Positions 49,454 through 56,309 of a stretch of DNA of 56,309 bases are shown piece after piece (the stretch's first letter is position 1; every line of letters starts with the position of its first letter). The position numbers and the translations under genes were made by a program. The DNA is from Bacteroidota bacterium (lineage in GTDB: Bacteria > Bacteroidota > Bacteroidia > Bacteroidales > UBA12077): assembly GCA_020049295.1 (NCBI GenBank), contig JAIFLC010000018.1, positions 1 to 56,309 of the forward strand, in the 5' to 3' direction. Below the pieces are notes generated by a model. The model ran no database searches and was not told the origin of the DNA. It saw nothing but the letters and a program-made list of their open reading frames with translations.

Positions 49454-50638
49454 TTAAATAAACTTCAAACTCACTTCTTTCAGAAACTTTTGCTCCAGTG
49501 TTTTGGCAATTCGTTTTACTACGGTTCTTCGAATCTCTAGTTCAACTGGTAGGTTTGGGTCCTGATGTGCAATGTTTATTCGGGTTCCTATAATAAAGTT
49601 AATTTCATCGCTGTCTTTTATCAATTTTACAATCTGATCGGCCGGGCCTTTGCCTAATTGGTAGTTGTTGTTATATATTTTTAGAATTTCAGAAACCTTA
49701 CTCAATGTTAAGATTCCTTCGGTTACCAGATCTATTCCGGGCATATAAGAAATAGGAGGTAGGTCGGGATCGTCGAACTCGAAACTATCGGTAATTTTTA
49801 AATCCAGTTCTCGGGCGATGATATCTCCCGTAGTTGCTCCACAAAGAATTTTTCGACCATCGAAATTACGAACTGCATCAGCTAATTGTTTATCGCGATC
49901 TTCTTCGTAAGGTGGCCCGGTACAGATTAATAATTTGCGTGGTTCGCGGAAATATATTAAGCCGCAACTTGAATCATCTTTAGCGTGGTAACCATCATTC
50001 TGATATGCACTATTTACAACCTTACCCGATAGTTTATAAGCTGATATTTTTGGATCATTTGTTATTAATCTCTTGGTAAAGTTTTCCAGATTATCAAGTC
50101 CCCAGCCAAATGGATATTTATCTGATCCCAGACCAGATTGGGTAATTCCGTCAGAACAGAATATCAAACGATCTTCAATCTGAGCCTGGAATGTGCAGCT
50201 TCGAAGTTCTTTACCTGCATTTTTTTCGCTTTGCAGAATTATGCATTTCCATTCAGGGTCAAACTTTTTATTATCTCTGAAAATTAATGTATTTGGATTG
50301 TCGTATTCAAGAATTGTTGTTTTCCCGGTGGTTTCAATATCGATAATTGTAAAAGTAGAGTAACTAATTCTTCGCTGACTGCATACAGGCAACGTGTTCA
50401 TAATGATTTCGGCAATGCGGTTTACATCCTTATGTTCTTTAGTAAAGCTCAGAGCCATTGTGGCTGTTAGTGTAGCCAACATATTTGCTTTTATGCCATG
50501 GCCCATTCCATCAGACAAAACGACAATTGTCCTACTTTCATTTTTAATTCTTTCCGAAAGAAAAACATCACCGCAGATTCGCTCTCCTTCGTGGTTTTTT
50601 TGTTGACAGTCGACCTCAATATAGAACTTGTTTTCCAT
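49454..50638 (-). CDS. SpoIIE/PP2C-family protein phosphatase with an uncharacterised C-terminal domain
   Basis: The N-terminal part has ICGDVFL...VVLSDGMGHGIKANMLA (PP2C metal-binding motifs). The C-terminal ~190 aa are not recognised. Its start lies 2 nt after the hydS stop. Confidence 0.85.
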   Translation of the reverse strand: MENKFYIEVDCQQKNHEGERICGDVFLSERIKNESRTIVVLSDGMGHGIKANMLATLTATMALSFTKEHKDVNRIAEIIMNTLPVCSQRRISYSTFTIIDIETTGKTTILEYDNPNTLIFRDNKKFDPEWKCIILQSEKNAGKELRSCTFQAQIEDRLIFCSDGITQSGLGSDKYPFGWGLDNLENFTKRLITNDPKISAYKLSGKVVNSAYQNDGYHAKDDSSCGLIYFREPRKLLICTGPPYEEDRDKQLADAVRNFDGRKILCGATTGDIIARELDLKITDSFEFDDPDLPPISYMPGIDLVTEGILTLSKVSEILKIYNNNYQLGKGPADQIVKLIKDSDEINFIIGTRINIAHQDPNLPVELEIRRTVVKRIAKTLEQKFLKEVSLKFI

Positions 50639-50640
50639 AG

Positions 50641-52500
50641 CTATTGCTCTTTCTTAAAGGTTTTATAAAGTTCAACTATGGAGTTTAACATTTGTTCAGT
50701 TTCCGAAGCTCCCTCACCAAGTAGAAATCCGATTTTCTGAACCATTTCAAGATTCTTATCAATAACATCATTGACACGCTTAATTACTTCTTCTTTACGA
50801 ACTTCTGGCGAGCTCATATCACGGAATACAGCACCCACAATTTTATCTTTTCGGATAACAAAAATGGATAAATTCAAAAATCGGTCCTCTATATAAATAT
50901 CTCGGTTCAGTATATTTTCATTGGTCGAGAAAACATTCGTAAACAAATTGTAAATATTGAAAGGTATCAGCGTTTTTAAATCAGCACCAACCAATTGCGG
51001 AATTACTTCGTTAATTGATTTGGCTTCGTCGCCCAACATATTAATAAAGCTAGTATTCGATTGAACAATTTTTAGGTTTTTATCAATAATTACTATTCCT
51101 GCGTTTAATTTATGCAGCATATTATTGATAATATCAGATGCTTCTTGAGCTGCATCTTTTTCTTTGAGTGCAATTTGTTCCGAATCTTGCAGTGCTTTTT
51201 GTGTTTGAGCAAGTTTTTCGTTTGTCGATCGTAGGGATTTAATGTATTCGTGTCTATTTTTTAAGGTATAAGTAAGGCACATCTCAGTTTTAGCCAGACC
51301 TTTCGAAACAGCAATTGCAAAGTCTCGACACGAGTCGTAACCACAGGCATTGCATCCTAAATCCGGATTTCCTGTATCCTTACCAATAGATTTAAGTACT
51401 TCATTTATTTTTTCTTCCGAAGGTGTTTCTATACGCTGATCATCATTTACAAAAGTTCTTGAATAATCCAGATCCCAGTACTTCTCGATTTCTTTTTTCC
51501 AGGTTTCAATATCAAATTTTTTTAATCGTTTATTGGCATAATCGGTTACCCTGGTTCGTCGTATAAATTTTTTCCCGTTACGCGAAGTCCCCGGACCCAT
51601 TAAACAACCTTCGCAATAATAAAGATTAAAGTGTTTTTTTATAGTTTCTGTATCTTCGAAAAATTGTTTTACTGCTGTTAGCATATTTGATTTGCCTTCT
51701 GCGTTTATAACGACACCCGTAAGTAGATCTTCACTAATTGATGCTGCTTGCAATATTCCGTTAGATATCGGGAATAATGAACCTTTGTAACCTATTGGAG
51801 TATCAAATTCTGAATATTCGAGAGTACTTTCTTTTATGTTAAATTCATTAAATAATTCTCTGAGCTCTATAAAAGTGAGAACCGCATCAATTCTTCCATC
51901 ATCTGAAAAATCCATTGCTTCATTTTTGTTTTCGATGCAAGGGCCAACATAGATTACCTTAGTATCATTACCGTATATTTTACGAACAATTTTGGCGGTA
52001 GCAATCATGGGCGATACAATAGGTGCAAGATTTTCAAGAAGTTCAGGTTGAAATTTCTGAACATATGAAACAACTACAGGGCAAGCGGTTGATATATAAT
52101 ACTTTCCTTTAAAATTTTTATAAAGCTCAGCATATTTAAGTGATATGATGTCGGCACCAAAAGATACTTCGTTAATGTGATCGAATCCTAGTTGTTTGAA
52201 CATTTGTACGAATTTTCTATAATCGGTAATATCATGAAATTCGCCTGATATACTTGGTGCTACAACAGCAACTTTTTTGCTTTTCTCCTTTAGTAGTTTT
52301 TTCGTTTGTTCTTTTGAATCAAGGAAACGAATGGCATCCTGTGGGCATACAGAAGTACAGCTTCCACAACCAATACATCGTTCGGGAATGATACGGGCGT
52401 AATCTTTATTTATCTTAACCTCAATTGCGTTAACAGGGCAAACTCTAACACAAGAGTAGCTTAAGTCGCATTTTTCTTTTATGATTTCAACTAATTGCAT
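50641..52500 (-). CDS. hydS: sensory (group C, HydS/HfsB-like) [FeFe]-hydrogenase with a C-terminal PAS-like domain
   Basis: N-terminal 2x[4Fe-4S] (CVRVCP, CIGCGSCTSVCP). Degenerate H-cluster motifs: STACP instead of TSCCP, GPCIENKNE instead of MPCxxKxxE, and YCEGCLMGPG. An extra 4-Cys motif (CNACGYDSC...C) follows, then a PAS-like C-terminus. Confidence 0.85.
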   Translation of the reverse strand: MQLVEIIKEKCDLSYSCVRVCPVNAIEVKINKDYARIIPERCIGCGSCTSVCPQDAIRFLDSKEQTKKLLKEKSKKVAVVAPSISGEFHDITDYRKFVQMFKQLGFDHINEVSFGADIISLKYAELYKNFKGKYYISTACPVVVSYVQKFQPELLENLAPIVSPMIATAKIVRKIYGNDTKVIYVGPCIENKNEAMDFSDDGRIDAVLTFIELRELFNEFNIKESTLEYSEFDTPIGYKGSLFPISNGILQAASISEDLLTGVVINAEGKSNMLTAVKQFFEDTETIKKHFNLYYCEGCLMGPGTSRNGKKFIRRTRVTDYANKRLKKFDIETWKKEIEKYWDLDYSRTFVNDDQRIETPSEEKINEVLKSIGKDTGNPDLGCNACGYDSCRDFAIAVSKGLAKTEMCLTYTLKNRHEYIKSLRSTNEKLAQTQKALQDSEQIALKEKDAAQEASDIINNMLHKLNAGIVIIDKNLKIVQSNTSFINMLGDEAKSINEVIPQLVGADLKTLIPFNIYNLFTNVFSTNENILNRDIYIEDRFLNLSIFVIRKDKIVGAVFRDMSSPEVRKEEVIKRVNDVIDKNLEMVQKIGFLLGEGASETEQMLNSIVELYKTFKKEQ

Positions 52501-52604
52501 AGTTTTAATAGTCTGTTTTATCTTAAGGTCTAATTTTATTTAAATTGTAAAAAGAACTTTAAGCCATTCTTTGATTTGACTATTTAGGTCATTAAAAAAT
52601 CATT

Positions 52605-52859
52605 TTATGCTTTCTCAAAAATATTCTCTAACAAGTAAACGATATTTTCAGGAGTAACATTCTGATAAATCTTCTCATCTACTCTAAGCATCGGACCATT
52701 TTCACAGTTTCCAAAACAATGGCTTCCATGAAAATATACAAAGTCATCCAAATTATGTTCCTTAATATAATTTTTAATAATATGAACTGTTTGTTTATTT
52801 CCTCTAGAAAAGCAAGAACTACCCAAACATATAACAATCTCTTTCTTCATATATACCAT
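52605..52859 (-). CDS. small thioredoxin-like [2Fe-2S] ferredoxin
   Basis: 84 aa with C-x4-C ... C-x3-C (ICLGSSCFSRG ... GSHCFGNCENGP). First gene of the hydS operon. The start could instead be the internal Met at 52850. Confidence 0.75.
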   Translation of the reverse strand: MVYMKKEIVICLGSSCFSRGNKQTVHIIKNYIKEHNLDDFVYFHGSHCFGNCENGPMLRVDEKIYQNVTPENIVYLLENIFEKA

Positions 52860-53032
52860 TTCAAAAATCCTCTAAAATTCAAATTTAGTAATTAATCTGA
52901 ATACAAAAGTAAATATCAAAACAACAATAAATGTAATTATTTGCATATTAATAAAATACTCAAAAAAACAGTTGTCTATTAAGCCTGTATATCAGTAATT
53001 TGATCAACTAATGATGTAAATATAGTATTAAT

Positions 53033-53065
53033 TGTGAATAATATAACAATGTTTAATTTGTAACA
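53033..53065 (+). promoter_or_regulatory. tandem CRP/FNR-like palindromes in the hydS / hydrogenase cluster 2 divergent region
   Basis: TGTGA-ATAATA-TAACA (53033-53048), then A, then TGTTT-AATTTG-TAACA (53050-53065). The element ends 10 bp before a TATATTTG -7 box. Confidence 0.6.
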
Positions 53066-53075
53066 ATAATATTTG

Positions 53076-53083
53076 TATATTTG
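53076..53083 (+). promoter_or_regulatory. candidate -7 box (TATATTTG) for hydrogenase cluster 2
   Basis: Exact TAnnTTTG match about 43 nt upstream of the ATG at 53126. Confidence 0.45.
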
Positions 53084-53125
53084 TGGTGATAAGGGATTTA
53101 AACGATTAATTAAACAATCTGCACC

Positions 53126-53587
53126 ATGCCCGATATTGAATCGATCCTTCAAAAGTACCCTTTTATTCATCAAGAGAACATAATACCCATTTTAACTGAA
53201 ATACAGGATAGTTTTGGTTTCCTTTCGACTGAAGCTATTAAGAAAGTAGGTGATTATTTTAAAATTCCTACCAGTAAAATCTATGGATTAGCTACATTTT
53301 ATGGTAAATTCAGGTTTCAAGCCAAAGGCAAATATCATATAAGAATATGTAATGGAACTTCATGTCATATAAACTTAAATACCATAGTTTTAAAAGAGCT
53401 TTATAAAATGCTTGGAATACAGGATGGTGAGGTAACAAAAAATGGTTTATTTAGTATCGAAAGAACTGGGTGCTTGTGTGGTTGCGATGCTGGACCAGTT
53501 ATGGTTGTTAATGATAAGACATATTTAAATCTTAACATCGACAAAGTTCATGAGATTATTCATTTTTATATGCAAATTGATACCTAA
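53126..53587 (+). CDS. NuoE-like [2Fe-2S] subunit, hydrogenase cluster 2
   Basis: 153 aa with ICNGTSCHINLN ... GCLCGCDAGP cysteine motifs and the GLATFYGKFRF block. Confidence 0.88.
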   Translation: MPDIESILQKYPFIHQENIIPILTEIQDSFGFLSTEAIKKVGDYFKIPTSKIYGLATFYGKFRFQAKGKYHIRICNGTSCHINLNTIVLKELYKMLGIQDGEVTKNGLFSIERTGCLCGCDAGPVMVVNDKTYLNLNIDKVHEIIHFYMQIDT

Positions 53588-55533
53588 TGACAACAGAAAT
53601 TTCAGCAAATAAAGATTTTATTGTTCATGAGATTCTGCTTAGTGATACAGATTCATATTCAAAGCCAGTTATCGATAAACTAAGTATCATTCGAAGAGAA
53701 AAGGCATCTTTTCCTTTGATTACAATATCCCAGAATTCGGGATCGATAATAACTGGCACAAATCGGTTGCCCGAAATAGTGAGAAACTATCTTATAGAAA
53801 GAAATATTAAGGCAACAGTGCTGGAGGTTGGCAGTAATGGTATATGTTCACTCGAAACCTTCATATCTATTCAATTGCCTGGCAAAACCAAACTTTTATA
53901 TAAGAAGGTTAAAGAAGAGAATATTATAGCAATTCTCGATGGTCATTTCAATAATTACATAGTTACCGATCATGTTTTTGGTCAATTTCGTAACAAAATC
54001 CATGAACCGTATGAAAATACTGCTTTTATCGATGAAATAGCTTATTTTAATAATCAACAGCGAATTGTATTAAAGAATTGCGGAATTATTGATCCAAATT
54101 CAATAGATGAATATATAGCATTTGGAGGGTATAAGGCTTTTATTAAATCGTTGAAGCATTATACTCATCAGGATGTCTGTAATATTGTTGAAGAAAGTAT
54201 GCTTAGAGGACGCGGAGGAGAAGGGTTTTATACAGGAAAAAAATGGAAAATTACGTTGAATACTCAAGGTGATCAGAAATATTTAATTTGTAATGCCGGG
54301 GAAACTGATCCCGGGGCATTTATGGAGCGGCTTCTTATCGAAAGTGATCCTCATAAAGTGATCGAAGGTATTGCAATTGCTTCATATGCAATAGGAGCAA
54401 GAAAAGCTTTTATTTATATTGAGGGTGATTATGATTTAGCTATTCAGCGACTTACAAATGCTATTCAGAAAGCTAAAGAATACGGAATTCTAGGAAATGA
54501 TATTTTTAATAGCGGATATTCTCTGGAAGTAGTAGTAAAAAAAGGAGCAGGAGCAAGCATTTGTGGCGAAGAAACAGCATTAATTGCATGTATCGAAGGG
54601 AAAAGAGGGATTCCGCATTCAAAACCCCCTTATCCTGCAACATATGGTTTATTTGGTTATCCTACTGTAGTTAATAATGTCGAAACTCTTGTAAATATTC
54701 CAACAATTATTGAGAAAGGTGCACAATGGTTTAATTCAATTGGTGCTGCTGACAGTAAAGGAACAAAGGTTTTTTCAGTTAGTGGAAAAGTAGAGATTAT
54801 TGGATTAGTCGAAATTGAAATGGGAACCAAAATTCGCGATATTATTTTTCGCGTTGCAGGTGGTATTCCCAACAACAAAAAACTAAAAGCAATACATATT
54901 GGTGGACCCTTGGGTGGAATGGTAGGCGAAGATCATCTAGATTCTATTATCGATTATGATTCTATTATGCTTACGGGAACATCTCTGGGATCTTCAGGAA
55001 TGGTTGTGCTCGATGAAGATAGTTGTATTATCGATACGGTAAAGTATTTTATGAACTTCCTTCAGCGAGAAAGTTGTGGAATATGTATCCCATGCAGGGA
55101 AGGAACCCGAAGAATGTTTGATATACTCGAAAATATTAGTAAGCGACCAAAAGATGATCTTGGAAATTCTTCGCTACAGCGATTTAAAGGAGTTATGCAG
55201 CTCGAAAATCTTGCTGAGGTGATTAAAGATACATCAATGTGTGGTTTTGGCATAAAAGCAGCAATTCCTGTTTTAACTTCATTAAAATGGTTCCGTCAGG
55301 AATACGAGGATCATATTTTTAATCGAAATTGCAGTGCAGGAGTTTGTCAGGAGCTGAAAACATTTGAAATTAATATCGAAGAATGCACCGGCTGTACATT
55401 GTGTGCTAAAAAATGTCCAACTGCTGCAATTATTGGAACACCTAAAAACGCACATTTTATTGTTCAGGACAAATGCATTGGATGTGGTATTTGTTTTGAA
55501 ACGTGTGTATTTAATGCAATTATCAGCAAATAA
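53587..55533 (+). CDS. NuoF-like subunit with a fused N-terminal HndB-like domain, hydrogenase cluster 2
   Basis: 648 aa. Residues 1 to about 130 are homologous to ORF 45102-45497. Then come a divergent FMN loop (LRGRGGEGFYTGKKW), NAGETDPGAF, ESCGICIPCREG and two C-terminal ferredoxin motifs. Confidence 0.88.
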   Translation: MTTEISANKDFIVHEILLSDTDSYSKPVIDKLSIIRREKASFPLITISQNSGSIITGTNRLPEIVRNYLIERNIKATVLEVGSNGICSLETFISIQLPGKTKLLYKKVKEENIIAILDGHFNNYIVTDHVFGQFRNKIHEPYENTAFIDEIAYFNNQQRIVLKNCGIIDPNSIDEYIAFGGYKAFIKSLKHYTHQDVCNIVEESMLRGRGGEGFYTGKKWKITLNTQGDQKYLICNAGETDPGAFMERLLIESDPHKVIEGIAIASYAIGARKAFIYIEGDYDLAIQRLTNAIQKAKEYGILGNDIFNSGYSLEVVVKKGAGASICGEETALIACIEGKRGIPHSKPPYPATYGLFGYPTVVNNVETLVNIPTIIEKGAQWFNSIGAADSKGTKVFSVSGKVEIIGLVEIEMGTKIRDIIFRVAGGIPNNKKLKAIHIGGPLGGMVGEDHLDSIIDYDSIMLTGTSLGSSGMVVLDEDSCIIDTVKYFMNFLQRESCGICIPCREGTRRMFDILENISKRPKDDLGNSSLQRFKGVMQLENLAEVIKDTSMCGFGIKAAIPVLTSLKWFRQEYEDHIFNRNCSAGVCQELKTFEINIEECTGCTLCAKKCPTAAIIGTPKNAHFIVQDKCIGCGICFETCVFNAIISK

Positions 55534-55552
55534 AGTGAGGGAAATATCTGAC

Positions 55553-56309
55553 ATGATAACCATTGAAGTTAATAATCAACAAATACAGGCAAAAAAAGGC
55601 GAGACAATTCTAGATGCCTTAAAACGAAATGGTATAAAAGTTCCAACCCTTTGCCATATTAATGGATATAAACCTACCGGACATTGCCGGATGTGCGTTG
55701 TTGAGGTAGAAGGCAAGTTAGGTTTGGTTCCATCTTGTTCCTCAATAATAGAAGAACCTATCAAAATTAAAACACATTCACCTCGTGTTATACGTTCCCG
55801 TAAAATGCTTGCTGAACTACTGTTATCAAATCATCCGGACGATTGTTTGTATTGTATTCGAAATGGTAAGTGTGAGTTGCAGGATTTAGCCATAGAATTA
55901 AATGTTAGAGAACGACGATTTCAGAGTGATAAATCAAAAGGCATTCTTGATCAGTCAAGTCCCGGAATAGTTTATGACTCATCAAAATGTATTCTATGTG
56001 GACGCTGTGTTCGTATTTGTGATGAGGTACAGTCTGTTTCTACCTTCGAATTTGCTAATCGTGGCAATAAATCTTCGATTGCTACATCAATGAATAAAAA
56101 TATAAACCTATCAAATTGTATTCATTGTGGACAATGTATATTGGTTTGTCCTACAGCGGCTCTTTACGAAAAAACTAATCTTGAATTATTACTCGAAGTG
56201 CTTAATAATAAGCAGCTTAAGGTTGTGATTCAATATGATACGTCTGTATCAATTGCTATTGCAGAAGAATTGGGTATTAAAACAGGAAAAGATAATAGTG
56301 GCTTGATAA
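55553..56309 (+). CDS. second [FeFe]-hydrogenase large subunit (N-terminal Fe-S domains), 3'-truncated by the window edge
   Basis: An ORF running open to the window end, absent from the ORF track: MITIEVNNQQIQAKKGETILDAL...CRMCVVEVEG...CLYCIRNGKCELQ...CILCGRCVRICD...CIHCGQCILVCP. It parallels the HydA N-terminus at 46999. GAGGG lies upstream of the ATG. Confidence 0.85.
   Translation, partial: MITIEVNNQQIQAKKGETILDALKRNGIKVPTLCHINGYKPTGHCRMCVVEVEGKLGLVPSCSSIIEEPIKIKTHSPRVIRSRKMLAELLLSNHPDDCLYCIRNGKCELQDLAIELNVRERRFQSDKSKGILDQSSPGIVYDSSKCILCGRCVRICDEVQSVSTFEFANRGNKSSIATSMNKNINLSNCIHCGQCILVCPTAALYEKTNLELLLEVLNNKQLKVVIQYDTSVSIAIAEELGIKTGKDNSGLI

Noticed and set aside
52979-53173. 64-aa minus-strand ORF in the hydS / cluster 2 divergent region.
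   Set aside because: It overlaps the start of the nuoE-like gene and the tandem regulatory element and promoter. Its composition is low-complexity and AT-driven.
1-56309. CRISPR arrays, transposases, integrases, prophage or defence-system genes.
   Set aside because: I looked for regularly spaced direct repeats and for recombinase- or nuclease-like ORFs and saw none. Every long ORF has a plausible metabolic, housekeeping or regulatory assignment. The only repeats are the short REP-like palindromes reported above.

Overview
This is an AT-rich, Bacteroidota-style chromosomal window. The evidence is rplJ-rplL-rpoB-rpoC-DUF3467 synteny, TAnnTTTG -7 boxes, almost no Shine-Dalgarno sites, an S46 peptidase and a fused CcsBA.

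Positions 1 to about 22.4 kb are housekeeping: ribosomal and RNA polymerase genes, an NRAMP transporter, etfBA with a split membrane Fe-S/CCG oxidoreductase and an acyl-CoA dehydrogenase, kdsC, a UbiA prenyltransferase, maf and an S46 peptidase.

From about 22.5 kb onward the window is an anaerobic selenium/formate/H2 redox island:
- A minus-strand selenium operon: tRNA-Sec, one continuous 1113-codon SelA-SelB ORF, a class-V desulfurase, a frame-broken yedF, DUF3343 and selD.
- A divergent formate module: a Cys-rich zinc-ribbon protein, a selenocysteine-containing FdhA that the ORF track splits at its UGA, a NuoE/F-type beta subunit, an OFA-type MFS transporter and a MobB-MobA fusion.
- A three-protein two-component relay with no DNA-binding output, a porin-like outer membrane protein, and a fused CcsBA.
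- Two paralogous NuoE/NuoF/HydA [FeFe]-hydrogenase clusters. They flank a HydS-type sensory hydrogenase plus PP2C phosphatase operon on the opposite strand.

The most interesting observations are:
- The SelA-SelB fusion, which has a non-canonical P-loop.
- A 33-bp tandem TGTkA-N6-TAACA element. It recurs upstream of the FDH operon and both hydrogenase operons. At the two hydrogenase promoters it has identical spacing to a -7 box.
- The H2-sensor module.
- GGAGG ribosome-binding sites found only inside the hydrogenase clusters.
- Several thioredoxin-like [2Fe-2S] modules that have lost their Cys ligands.

I saw no CRISPR array, transposase, integrase or phage genes. All family assignments come from motifs recognised by eye. 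No database search was run.
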